DNA of 64,000 nt from Octopus sinensis (GCF_006345805.1 NC_043014.1:38936001-39000000); one strand, 5' to 3'; shown: positions 13,353-25,748, counted from the stretch's first letter. Notes: a model not told the origin generated them from the letters alone. Made by a program: numbers and translations.

Positions 13353-14071
13353 GCGCCTATATATGATGTGAGTTCAGAGAGATTTCGCTGCCAGATTTAG
13401 CAAGTCAAGTGATCATGGAGAGCTATGATGGGAGTCGGGGACAGAACTTTTTGAGTACGGTGTAACTACATGTCGGCGTACCGTCTCGCCTTCGGTGTCC
13501 AGAAAAAGTCGCAGGAAAAGTCAGTTTAAGCCAGCGGAAAAATCACCAGCGAAGTTTCGGAATAGTTTACTCAAATAACTTGGAGTTTCTCTGATTTCGC
13601 AGGAATTTTTCAAGCACTTTTTTTTATACCACGCACTTCAAAATAACCGGAGGAAGCCTTTTATGAAAAAAAAAAAAAAATCATTTTTTAAACATCCCCC
13701 CCCCATCCCGTAACTTCACGACACGATAGCCCATCACCATTAAAAACATGTTTTCCCCTCTCGTTATATTTCATATTCTAAAAAACATGTAATGCCAAAA
13801 AGCCACATTTATTTAAATACCATGAACACTTAAAGAACAAAAACAAAAATATATGCACAAAATTACGTTACAAAATATGTCTTAAGAAAGTTATGAAGAA
13901 CCAAAATCGGTTGGGTCACCAAATTGTATAACAGAGGACAAATTTGAAATACATAAGATGTGGAAACAAATAAAAAAGAAGGGGAAATCTTTAATTTTAT
14001 CTGTTCCTAGGTTTGCTTCTTATAATAAATCATTGGCTTGGCTTTATTGTCATATAGGTTTATAAACTTAA

Positions 14072-14300
14072 GGCGGCGAGCTGGCAGAAACGTTAGCACG
14101 CCGGGCGAAATGCTTAGCGGTATTTCGTCTGCCGTTACGTTCTGAGTTCAAATTCCGCCGAGGTCGACTTTGCCTTTCATTATTTCGGGGTCGATAAATT
14201 AAGTACCAGTTACGCTCTGGGGTTGATGCGATCGACTTAATCCGTTTGTCTGTCCTTGTTTGTCCCCTCTGTGTTTAGCCCCTTGTGGGTTATAAAGAAA
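14072..14300 (+). mobile_element. SINE B1 monomer
   Basis: TSD CATATAGGTTT(A/T)TAAACTT at 14051-14069 and 14301-14319. An inverted B1 tail fragment follows at 14336-14453. Confidence 0.9.
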
Positions 14301-14877
14301 CATATAGGTTTTTAAACTTCGTGAGCAGACTGTTTCTTATTTCTTTATTACCCACAAGGAGCTAAACATAGAGGGGACAAACAAGGATAGACAAAGGGAT
14401 TAAGTCGATTACATCGACCCCAGTGCGTAACTGGTTCTCCTGATGACAATGCTTCATCATTGGCTTGCACTGAAGAAAAATTGTCTGGATGTTTTATAAC
14501 GTGCGGTGTTAAGTGGCCGTACGACCTGTAGAAATAGCAGCCAAATCTTTCTCAAATTACATTATGCCGTCTAAAAAGAGAAAAGAAAAGGAAGGACATA
14601 TTAGACAATCTCTTAGATCAAACACAAGCAATTATTTTCGAGGAGCGGCCTGCAGTTGACATTGTTTACCATCAAGCAGGTCACATTACTAAAAAATTCA
14701 AGGTAATTTTTAAAAAAATTTATTAGGCGTGCCATTTAGAAAGCTTCGCGGGCCGCAGTTTGCCAGTGATTTTCCTAGCAATGGTTGGGATGTCTTTGAT
14801 TAAACTTGGGAATAATTGACTTTTGTACCATTTTTGCGTGCTGTCTATCTAGCCATTTACATTTCAGCGTGCAGTCT

Positions 14878-15120
14878 GACCCTAACCCTAATGCTAAACC
14901 TAATCATGAACCTTAACCCTAACCCTAATCCCTAATCTTAACCTCAACTATGAAGCCTATAATCTTAACCCTAAGCCCTAACTCTAATCCGAACCAAGAT
15001 CAGACTGCGGATGTTACATGCTAAAGTAGCCATTTACACTTCAGCGTGTATCTGACTCTTTAAATCTAACCTTAATCCTAAACGTTAATCCTAAACCCAA
15101 ACTCTGATCCGAACCCGAGT
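14878..15120. repeat. Degenerate (CCCTAA)n-like tract within an unclassified repeat
   Basis: CCCTAACCCTAATGCTAAACCTAA... with two related sub-blocks ending CCGAACC. Confidence 0.7.
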
Positions 15121-15253
15121 CAGATCATTTCATAGCATAGATTGCGGATACTGCGGTTGGCCGCATGCTACAATAACGCCATAGCTTTTGCATTCATATC
15201 TTCATGACCTAACCTTCTCGACTACGTCAAGAAACATAATTTCAGTTATGGTG

Positions 15254-15422
15254 TAGGAGTGGCTGTGTGGTAAGTAACTTGCTTACCAACCACATGGTTC
15301 CGGGTTCAGTCCCACTGCGTGACACCTTGGGCAAGTGTCTTTTACTATAGCCTCGGGCGGACCAAAGCCTTGTGAGTGGATTTGGTAGACGGAAACTGGG
15401 AAACTGAAAGAAGCCCGTCGTA

Positions 15423-15502
<80 letters not shown>

Positions 15503-15723
15503 TGTGTGTGTGTGGTGTATGTATGTATGTATGTGTGTGTGTATGTCTGTGTCTGTGTTTGTCCCCCAGCATCGCTTGACAACCGATGCTGGTGTGTTTA
15601 CGTCCCCGTAACTTAGCGGTTCGGCAAAAGTTACTGATAGAATAAGTACTAGGCTTACAAAGAATAAATCCTGGGATCGATTCCAGCATGGCCACAGTCA
15701 AATAACTGAAACAAGTAAAAGAG
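15254..15723 (+). mobile_element. SINE A, full length
   Basis: Head, CORE-like body, internal microsatellite and tail. Confidence 0.9.
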
Positions 15724-16226
15724 TTATCTATATCCTTCTGTTATAACCATTTCCATCCAGAGAGGTGGGATTTTTTTTTCTGTTCGGCCGATTATAAACT
15801 AGAAATATTTCATGTAAAAAGCACATTCCTATGGATAAATAAATAAATAGATAAATAAATACGCGCTACGTTACCTAACACCTGTGTCCTCTAACAAGGA
15901 TAAGGCATAAGATATATACATGTTTATATATATTTATATATATATATATATATAACCTGGTTTGTTGTATTCTGATAATTATGAACGAGAAGATACTGCA
16001 TATATATGTGTGTGCCTGTGTATGAGTGCACACGTACGTGCGGGCGTGTGTGCATGTGTGTGTGGTCAAAATAACATCTGAACAGTGTTTTTAGAAGTTA
16101 CACTACACTTCACAGCTGCTGTCTCAACAGAGTTTATACATTATCATGGGGAAAGAAGAAGTGGAAAAAGTTCGTATCGCGTATCGTACGTAGCACAGCA
16201 GCAAGATTATCTCCATAATGAATAGA

Positions 16227-16265
<39 letters not shown>

Positions 16266-16485
16266 ATAGATAAATAAAACACTTTCAATTTGTTAGCTTT
16301 TACAACTTTGCTACTGTACTGCAAAGATACAGAGTTTTGCATTTGGTTTGTGAGATTGTTGATGTGAACTCGTGTGTTGGAACAGACTTTGCTGTATCTC
16401 AGGAGTGTGTGTGGGGGGGATCATTATGCCAATAACAAACACTTGCACGGGTTGTATTTCACTTTTTCTATTATTATTATTATTA

Positions 16486-16534
<49 letters not shown>

Positions 16535-16537
<3 letters not shown>

Positions 16538-16812
16538 TAGAATATATTTTTTATATCGTGCTTTCACTTCACTACCGAGCGCAGCTCTGTGTGTCTTGGG
16601 TATGTGCTGTGATTTGTTGTGATGCTCTGATGGTTATTGTATGGAAAGTGTTCTGCGTAGGATGTGTGCAGTGCCTAGTAGTGCAATTTTCTGTATGTTA
16701 TATGTGTTTGTAAGTCCTGGTGTTTTTGTTATGTATTTGTCTGAATATTTTTTTATCATGCCTAATGCACCTATTATGATAGGAATTGTTTCTGCTTTTA
16801 GATTCCACATTC
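16535..16812 (-). mobile_element. R4/Dong-clade LINE 3' fragment ending in (TAA)n
   Basis: Minus strand encodes an IPIIIGALGMIK...KIALLGTAHILR-like C-terminus. Homologous to 17763-18050, with (TAA)n at 16469-16534. Confidence 0.8.
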
Positions 16813-16859
16813 TGGTTTATCATTGTTATTATTTCGCCTGTGATTTCAAAAAAAGGTAA

Positions 16860-17121
16860 TGTAAAAGGAGAAAAAAAAAGGGGACTCTCTACACCCCCTT
16901 TTTAGACCAGGCTCCCGTTGGCTTTTGTAGGGTTTTTTCCACCAGCAACCTTTCGAAACGTCTCCCCCTTTTGGGAGTTTTTCATTGTTTTATTATAATT
17001 ATTGTTAATGTATTTTTACACGGATTTTTAACAAACGGACAAAACCCTTTGTAACCTTTCGTCCTGTCTTGTCCCTTTATGTAATCATGCGTGTTAGCCC
17101 TTGTGGCCAATAAAAAAGAAT
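16860..17121 (+). mobile_element. Probable LINE 3' UTR (Tx1-like) sharing the B1 terminal motif
   Basis: Ends TTAGCCCTTGTGGCCAATAAAAAAGAA. Related ends lie at about 9222-9290 and 48318-48385 (minus). The clade call is an inference. Confidence 0.35.
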
Positions 17122-17150
17122 TGATTATTATTATTATTATTATTATTATT

Positions 17151-17704
17151 GAGTGAGAGAGCAGTTCATGCCATCAAAGTGACACTGGGGTAAAATATAC
17201 GAAGCCCAATATACCCATCATGACTACCCGTCTGATAAAGGTACATCAGGCACATGCATCACAACCATATGTGCGCGACATGGTGATCTCATATCAAGAT
17301 AAACAGCACATGACCTTGCGGGTGGGGCCCAGTTAGAATTTTCTTCAGGTTGAGTAGCCCATCCCGCTCAAAAGGTCCCTGAATAAGGATTGTTTAAGGA
17401 TGTTGAAAGAACCACCCATGTTTCCAGAGGTGAATTATTCAAACCCCAAAGAATCCCTCTCAACACATGGCTATGATGCTCCCCCTTAACTTCTGCTCGT
17501 GATCAGAGATGCACATATCATCAGCCACTAAGGGAAATGCTCAACTGGTTAAGGTCAAACAACTGACAAGCAAATCTGTGGTATTGAGCAGAATATTTGC
17601 TGTAGCCCATCTTTTATACCAAGACAAAACAATGTGCATGATAACACTTGCAATCAGTTAAGATCAGAAGCCATGAGAGCCACTGCCTGGTACTGCATCA
17701 GGGC

Positions 17705-17706
<2 letters not shown>
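17151..17706. mobile_element. 556-bp non-coding element embedded in (TTA)n
   Basis: Complex sequence bounded on both sides by perfect (TTA)n (17124-17150 and 17707-17762), with no ORF. Confidence 0.6.
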
Positions 17707-17746
<40 letters not shown>

Positions 17747-17762
17747 TATTATTATTATTATT

Positions 17763-18700
17763 CAGTAGCCTTATTTTTATAACGTGCTTTCACTGCACTA
17801 CCGAACGCAGCTCTGTGTGGCTTGGGTATGTGCTTTGGCTTATTGTGATGCTCTTATTTTCACTGTATTGAAAGTGTTTTACGTAGGATGTGTGCAGTAC
17901 CTAGTAGTGCTATTTTCTGTCTGTTATACATACTTGTTAGTCCTGGTGTTTTGTTATGTACTTGTCTGAAATTTTTTTTTTATCATACCTAATGCACCTA
18001 CTATGATAGGAATTGTTTCTGTTTTTAAGCTCCACATTCGAGTAACCTCTATTTCCAGATCTTTGTATTTTGAAAGTTTCTCCATTTCTTTTAGAGAAAC
18101 ATTGTCAACTGATACATCGATTTGAAAGAATTTTTCTCTTGATAATCTCTGACAACTATATCCGGCATTTTGGCCTTAATTTCTCTATCTGTGTGTATTG
18201 GCATATCACGAAGTATGGTTGCTTTCTCATTTTCTGTGACCTTTTCTGGCGTGTGCTTATATCATCTTTTTTCAGTTGTTATTCCATAGTGTTGACATAG
18301 CTTCTAGTGTATATAGGTCCCAGCTCTGTCGTGTCTGTGAATATATTCCTTCTTAGCCAGGACTAGACAGCCAGAGACAATAAGATTTATGGTTTCTTCT
18401 CCATCACCACATATTCTGCAGTTTCTTGTATTTCTTTACATTATGCATTTTTGATGATTTCTGGTGGGAATGCTTTGATCTTGTGCTGCAGTTAAAAATC
18501 CTTCAGTCTCTGCTTTGAGTCCTGAGCTTCTCAGCCTTTGTTGGGGTTTTGCTTTGTCTATTTCTGGCACATTGGGAAAGTAGTGCCTTCTACCACAGCT
18601 TTGCGTTTGATCCATACCTATGAATGAAATTTGGTGTGCGGAAACTGTAATGAAGCCTTGTATGTGTCTTTCTGTAGTGTATATATCAGTCAATTTATGG
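17763..18700 (-). pseudogene. 5'-truncated R4/Dong-clade LINE: RT C-terminus, CCHC finger and RLE endonuclease remnant
   Basis: LRSSGLKAETEGFLTAAQDQ...CRICGDGEETINLIVSGC...EYIHRHDRAG...PDIVV...QKIALLGTAHILRKTLSIQ*, with stops and frameshifts and a (TAA)n tail. Confidence 0.85.
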
Positions 18701-18848
18701 AGCGTTATGCGAAGGGTTGCTTCTTTTCAACGCAAATTTCTCTTTCAGGCAGACCGCCGGAGCCCTCTAACAATTATAAAAGCCGATAGTTTTCACTGAT
18801 AACTAAAATGTAACCCAGCCTTTATATATATATATATATATATATATA

Positions 18849-19113
18849 TGGCCCAGTGGTTAGAGCAGCGGACTCGCGGTCGGAGGATCGCGGTTTCGAT
18901 TCCCAGAATCGTGTGTTTATTGAGCGAAAACACCTAAAAGCTCCACGAGTCTCCGGCAGGGGGTAGTGATCCCTGTTGTACTCTTTCACCACTCTTTCTT
19001 CTGTTGGCCTGCTCGCTTAGCCAGCGGGGTAGCGTCATTCGAAGGCTAAAACAATGCAAACGCATTGTGACCAGCGATGTGTAGCAACAACTGATGGTCT
19101 GGTCGGTCACGTG
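18849..19113 (+). mobile_element. SINE C (tail type 2)
   Basis: C head plus TTGGCCTGCTCGCTTAGCCAGC...GGTCGGTCAC tail, also at 25065-25360 and 52027-52330. Confidence 0.85.
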
Positions 19114-19140
19114 ATATATATATATATATATATTATATAT

Positions 19141-19206
<66 letters not shown>

Positions 19207-19949
19207 GACTCTACGCCTTTCAGAAATGACGCGCTCTCATAGACACATTAAAAAAACTCACCTTCTTTATTATGCTTATTTAGACACATTATGACAAACA
19301 GGCAAATCATTTTATGCTCGCATCAATTGCTGTTTGAAATTATTGTCTGGAACTTTTCTTTCTTTTTGTCGGTTATTTTATATCAATTTTCTCATGAATA
19401 TTTTTTTCTAAATATAATGAACTAATTCTAGTGAATACGAACTCTAATTCAGACATTACTTAATTGAATATTTTGTTACGAGCTGCAATGATTTTCTGGT
19501 TACGTTATCATGCATAATAAACAGAATTTTTTATGTATTTTCACGACTCGGTAAGACAGTAATTTCAGTATTACATTCGTTTTGGTTACACATTATGTGT
19601 TATACTCAGTGTTGTAATTGTCATACTGTTACAGTCTTTGAATTTCTTCTGCTGTTTGGACCCTTTGTGTTCAACACATTTTTTTATAGCTGAAATACAC
19701 TAAATGTGTTATATGAACTACTCTTCGTTATCTCCCTTACATCCTCTCACCCTAACAAGAAACCATCTTCCTTTATTTACGTTACATGACCTAGTTTAAG
19801 ATTTACATCCCAAGGGTCATATAGACCCCAAGAGTCATATGGACTCCGGTTGAAAAACCAGTGTTTTAGACACTGCACCAACTCACCCAGGGAACTTAAA
19901 TGCGCGTTTTGATAATGTGTCCATATGACCCTAAGTGAGTCCAAATCCA

Positions 19950-20108
19950 GGTAAAAAAAAGTCACGGAAATAAAGTCACCTGGGTTTTATCCAGCGGGAT
20001 TTTGTCCGAAGGGGGTTTTGTTTCGGGGGAGGGGTTCCGGATCCCATAAATTAATTGTGACTTTTTTCCTAACCAAAATTGTGACTTTATTCCTGTGGCT
20101 TTATTACC
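19950..20108. mobile_element. Small MITE-like element
   Basis: Imperfect TIRs GGTAAAAAAAAGTCACGGAAATAAAGTCAC / GTGACTTTATTCCTGTGGCTTTATTACC. Confidence 0.5.
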
Positions 20109-20179
20109 GGTTACCGTGAGTCCGTGTAAGATTTTGTTGTTAAAATTTATGTACAATAAATTGGTTTTATTTCTACAGT

Positions 20180-20480
20180 ACACAAAATATTCGGCTGCCA
20201 GACATATGGTCTTCCAGAAGATACCCTCTCCAGCCAGAGTTTGACCACTCTCGCCAGCGGCGGCACATAGCAGTCTCAATTGAGCCTTTGGCCCTGTTGA
20301 AAAGTGTGGGCGGCATGATGTCACTTTCACTGGAGACACATTCAAAGATCATCACAGTTTGGGGCAACCTGGTTTTCATAATGTCAATGTCACATCTTAC
20401 AGTGTTTACAGAGCATTGAGCAACAATCATGATGCCGGCATTTTGATACCCGGCGTGAATCATCATGATGCAGGTAACTC
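20180..20480 (-). pseudogene. Internally deleted maT/Tc1-mariner (D37D-type) transposase remnant
   Basis: MKTRLPQTVMIFECVSSESDIMPP then a shifted frame VKLWLERVSSGRPYVWQ. Homologous to 35895-36440. Confidence 0.7.
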
Positions 20481-20650
20481 TTTTCCAATATCAAGATGAC
20501 TTTCAGTCCTCCAGGTCAGATAACTTTTTTCTCAGCTATAATTTTAATCTTTAGGCCCTCCAACACCGTTGACTATTCACCAATACATCATGTTGTTCCA
20601 GAAAAATAAACGGATCATTAAAAAATCGTCAAACTTAGCCCAAACAACTT

Positions 20651-21000
20651 GGTAGTCCGTCGGTCACGACGACGAGGGTTCCTGTTGGTTCGATCAAAGG
20701 AACAGCCTGCTCGTGAAATTAACGTTCAAGTGGCTGAGCACTCCACAGACATGTGTACCCTTAACGTAGTTCTGGGGGAGATTCAGTGTGACAAGGTTGG
20801 CCCCCTTTGAAATATAGGTACAAGAGAGAAAGTTGTAGTGGAAGAGTACAGGACGGTCCGTCACAACCCCTTGCCGGAGCCTCATGGAGCTTTAGATGTT
20901 TTCGCTCAATAAACACTCACAACACCCGGTCTGGGAATCAAAACCACGATCCTACAACCGCGAGTTCGCTGCCCTAACCACTGGGCCATTGGGCCTCCAC
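20651..21000 (-). mobile_element. SINE C (tail type 1)
   Basis: Reverse complement of the 3583-3964 family. Partly re-copied at 24688-24935. Confidence 0.9.
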
Positions 21001-21027
21001 CAGTCCAAACAACCATATATGTGTGTG

Positions 21028-21080
<53 letters not shown>

Positions 21081-21084
<4 letters not shown>

Positions 21085-21469
21085 GTAAAAAGTGAAAAAA
21101 CTACAGAAGGCTTGTTTTAAAAGGTTAAAAAATATATATTTGAGTCATTATGTCTGAAGAATGTTATAAATTTTTTTCATATAATGACATAGTTTTTGAA
21201 GAAATGACCGGTTTCGCGTTCAGCTTTTCAAATTTCTTACATCGTTATGTAAGAAATTTGACGATGTAAGAAATTTTGAAAAGCTGAACGCGAAACCGGT
21301 CATTTCTTCAAAAATTATGTCATTGTATGAAAAAAATTTATAACATTCTTCAGACATAATGACTCAAATATATATTTTTTAACCTTTTAAAACAAGCCTT
21401 CTGTAGTTTTTTCACTTTTTACTATTTTCTATATATTCAACCACGTGCTTTCACACACCAACTTTCTCA

Positions 21470-21523
<54 letters not shown>

Positions 21524-21919
21524 ATATATATAATAGTAAAAAGTGAAAAAACTACAGAAGGCTTGTTTTAAAAGGTTAAAAAATATATATTTGAGTCATT
21601 ATGTCTGAAGAATGTTATAAATTTTTTTCATATAATGACATAGTTTTTGAAGAAATGACCGGTTTCGCGTTCAGCTTTTCAAATTTCTTACATCGTTATG
21701 TAAGAAATTTGACGATGTAAGAAATTTTGAAAAGCTGAACGCGAAACCGGTCATTTCTTCAAAAATTATGTCATTGTATGAAAAAAATTATAACATTCTT
21801 CAGACATAATGACTCAAATATATATTTTTTAACCTTTTAAAACAAGCCTTCTGTAGTTTTTTCACTTTTTACTATTTTCTATATATTCAACCACGTGCTT
21901 TCACACACCAACTTTCTCA

Positions 21920-21921
<2 letters not shown>
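21081..21921. mobile_element. Tandem pair (about 450-bp period) of palindromic Penelope-like terminal repeats separated by (TA)n
   Basis: Each unit (21081-21471, 21532-21921) has roughly 160-bp inverted arms, each containing a hammerhead-like motif. Confidence 0.75.
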
Positions 21922-21967
<46 letters not shown>

Positions 21968-22865
21968 CAGGCAAAATCAAAATCATCAATGTCCCCATTG
22001 CAACTTCATAGCAAAATCCATACCTAGGCTCAAATCACATTCATGCATCCATCGTATTATGCTGTTTCTGTTCTTTTCTTTTTGAAAATTGTTTCTCTTT
22101 TTTCCCCCTTTTTTTTTTCTTTAAATCCTCTCTTTCAAACACTCATATGTCGAAATCGACGAGAGAGACCATCATATGTGTGCGTGTGCGTGTGTGTGAA
22201 ACCATAGCAACAAGTTCACTTTACAATTCTTAGATAATAACGGAAAAGAAATAAGTCAAATGAATTCAGAGCTTCAGTCCGTTTTAATAAGTTGTCCAAT
22301 ATAATTTTTTTTTTCCGGTATGTATAAACAATAGACTGAGGGCATTTACACAGTGAATTTAAGTCAAAAATACATGACTTCTTCATCTGAAATAACGAAG
22401 TAAAACTTGATATGAAAAAATTGCAATGAATATGTATGAAGTAAATTATTCATGAAAACAATTAGAAGTGGGAAAACAATTAGAGAGAGAGACAGAGAGA
22501 GAAAGAGAGAGTGTGTGGGTGGGTGTGGGGTGTATGTGTGTTTGTGTGTGTGTTTGTGCGTGGGTGTGTGTGAGAGAGAGAGAGTGTTGCAAATGAAAAC
22601 GAAAAATTTCGCCTGAACATATTAATATTGTTTATCAAATGTTAAAATCTACTGTGAACGTAAAGCTTGACAACGAATATTTAAATTTGTGATATTAAAT
22701 AATAACAGACTCTTCGAAACTGCCTTTTATCAATATATATTAACAGAGGAATTTATAAAAATTTTCCAGAGAGTCAAACCTATAAAAGCTTATTCAAAAT
22801 TATCTTGTACCTAGTATTTAAATTTGTAAACTTGAAATATTCAATAATAAAAGGAAGTTGGGATA

Positions 22866-23270
22866 TTTTCGGTTTGAACGGCAGTTTTTAACATAATTTC
22901 TAGGTAACTAAAAAATGTTAAACTTCGTATACTGGTAGAATGTGTTTATAAAACATCTTTTTCTCTTGGCTTTATTGAGAAAATTCTATGATTTGTAAGA
23001 TATTTGTTGTTTTTTGTCTTCAATTTCTGCAATTTCAACCAATCAATGACCGTCTATTGAGGTGAAAACATTCTGTGCCGTATGAATATGTCCCTCGTTT
23101 AAGAAACAGATTGGGTTTATTTACATTTGTGAAAAAAAAAGATACCCTTCCCCCACCCCTAACCCTAACCCTAAATTAGATTGAAATGCAATAGATTGAT
23201 ACTAGGGTCAAAATTATGGGTGACAATTTCATATGATACCGCTAGAAAAAACTGCCGTTCAAACCGAAAA
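22866..23270. mobile_element. MITE with 24-bp TIRs
   Basis: TTTTCGGTTTGAACGGCAGTTTTT (22866-22889) and its exact reverse complement (23247-23270), with internal CCCTAA repeats. Confidence 0.8.
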
Positions 23271-23543
23271 GATCTGGAAGTTCAGAAAGTAGATTTTTCT
23301 GAAAACTTCAATTTATAAAAAACTTCACTTGCTTAGTAAATATTTCTTTCATATCGTAGTTGTAATATATCTAATTTAAACAAGCTTCAAAGTAACCCAA
23401 CTCTGTTTAGCGTGCTACAAGTAGCAGCGATCACATAGTTATTATTGTAAGGCTTATAGCGTTCCAAACAGCCATACCAACAAAATCACTTAATTTTTTT
23501 TTAATTATACCGGTATACTAGAAATTTTTCATTTTATCAAAAA

Positions 23544-23851
23544 CTAGCAGTATCGCCCGGCGTTGCTCGGGTTTGTAAGGGAAAATAACTATATTAGCAT
23601 TTTTAGAGAGTTACTTCCCTTATATAAGCCGAGCAAAAATCATTAAAAATGCGGAAAAATGATGGTAAATTTTTTTTTAAATCGTAGACTCATCATAGAC
23701 GCGCGCTAATACCCAGAAGGGCTCGATATGAATGACGACTATAAAATACCCGCTTTTGGTTAAACTGCACCGCAAAATGTGGGAGTAGTTAGGAATCTAA
23801 ATCGGAGGAGACAGAGTCTCACACACACAACTTCAATTTTATATATAAAGA
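23544..23851 (-). mobile_element. Non-autonomous Helitron
   Basis: Minus strand A|TC...CCCGAGCAACGCCGGGCGATACTG CTAG|T. Same family as 11447-12085. Confidence 0.8.
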
Positions 23852-24506
23852 TATTCATTTAACAAACTCCGGAAACTGATGTTCTTGAAATTGTGCCTCG
23901 TATCTAAGCCTCAAAGTTATACAGCTATTTTGTATAATAGCATTCATTCATTCAATAAATAATGTATATAGAATAATTGTGGGTTTTGCAAATAGCGAAT
24001 TAAAACTTGAAATGAAAACATTAAAATTAATATATATTAAATTATCATTAATGAAAATAGAGGTGAGAAAGAGCGAGAGACTGTTGCAAATGGGAAACAT
24101 TGTTTATTAATCATAAAAATCTACTCCGCAGTGAATGAAACGAATATTTAAATTTGTAAAAAAAAACTTGTTCAAATATTCAATAAACTTCAGAAATCGA
24201 AATTACAGGAAATTTCTTGGAACATGAATTCATATAAAAAATTTCCAGACGCTCAAGCCTTTAATAATTGCTTTATTTAGTGACTGTTACATACCTAATT
24301 AATAAGCAGCTTTCTCCATTATAATATAGATGTAGTATACTGCCCCTTAACACTTTCTTCAGTGACATGACTTAGGTTTGGATATCAAACGCTATATTCT
24401 TTTGCCCCTGGCATTTGAAGTATATAAACTATGTGACACAATTAGAACGATGTAGAACGACATTGAATATTATAAACTATTCATCTATTATTATCTCTTT
24501 TTAAGT

Positions 24507-24935
24507 CGAAACCGGTCATTTCTTCAAAAACTATGTCATTATATGAAAAAAATTTATAACATTCTTCAGACATAATGACTCAAATATATATTTTTTAACC
24601 TTTTAAAACAAGCCTTCTGTAGTTTTTTCACTTTTTACTATTATATATATACACACATACACACACATATATGGTTGTTTGGACTGGTGGAGGCCCAATG
24701 GCCCAGTGGTTAGGGCAGCGAACTCGCGGTTGTAGGATCGTGGTTTTGATTCCCAGACCGGGTGTTGTGAGTGTTTATTGAGCGAAAACATCTAAAGCTC
24801 CATGAGGCTCCGGCAAGGGGTTGTGACGGACCGTCCTGTACTCTTCCACTACAACTTTCTCTCTTGTACCTATATTTCAAAGGGGGCCAACCTTGTCACA
24901 CTGAATCTCCCCCAGAACTACGTTAAGGGTACACA
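24507..24935. repeat. Inverted segmental copy of 20752-21216
   Basis: Shares all diagnostic SINE C variants and the pLTR arm. Differs in (TA)n length. Confidence 0.9.
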
Positions 24936-25064
24936 GAGATAATGTAATAAATACGCTTCTCAACAAGAAACAACTAGCATTGTCAAACAATATATATATA
25001 TATATATATGCTCATCATATATATATATATATATATATTATATAATATAATATATATATATATC

Positions 25065-25360
25065 ACCGTGACCGACCAGGCTATCAGATGTTGCTACACA
25101 TCGCTGGTCACAATGCGCTTCGCAAATGCTTTAGCCTTCAAATGCCGCCACCCCGCTGGCTAAGCGAGCAGGCCAACAAGAGTGAGAGAAAGTTGTGGTG
25201 AAAGAGTACAGCAGGGATCGCCATCACCCCCTGCCGGAGCCTCGTGGAGCTTTGGGTCTTTTCGCTCAATAAACACTCACAACGCCCGGTCTGGGAATCG
25301 AAACCGTGATCCTACAACCGCGAGTTCGCTGCCCTAACCACTGGGCCATTGCGCGCCTCC
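25065..25360 (-). mobile_element. SINE C (tail type 2)
   Basis: Reverse complement of the 18849-19113 family. Confidence 0.85.
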
Positions 25361-25363
25361 ACA

Positions 25364-25416
<53 letters not shown>

Positions 25417-25426
25417 AACCTTCCCG

Positions 25427-25468
<42 letters not shown>

Positions 25469-25701
25469 ATAGTTTTTGTTAATGCTAGTTGTTTCTTGTT
25501 GAGAAGCGTATTTATTACATTATCTCTGTTTTGGTAAAATAGACTTAAAAAGAGATAATAATAGATGAATAGTTTATAATATTCGTTCTACATCGTTCTA
25601 ATTGTGTCACATAGTTTACATATTTCCCGTTATATATATATATATATAAACCTTATATATATATAAACCTTCCCGTTATATTATATATATTATATATATA
25701 T

Positions 25702-25748
<47 letters not shown>

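Noticed and set aside
14878-15120. Interstitial telomere or chromosome fusion site
   Set aside because: The repeats are highly degenerate, single-orientation and embedded in repeat-like sequence. Short CCCTAA runs also occur inside the MITE at about 23155.
22575-24260. Degenerate similarity between about 22575-22840 and about 24075-24260
   Set aside because: This is an old AT-rich duplication with no evident functional signal.
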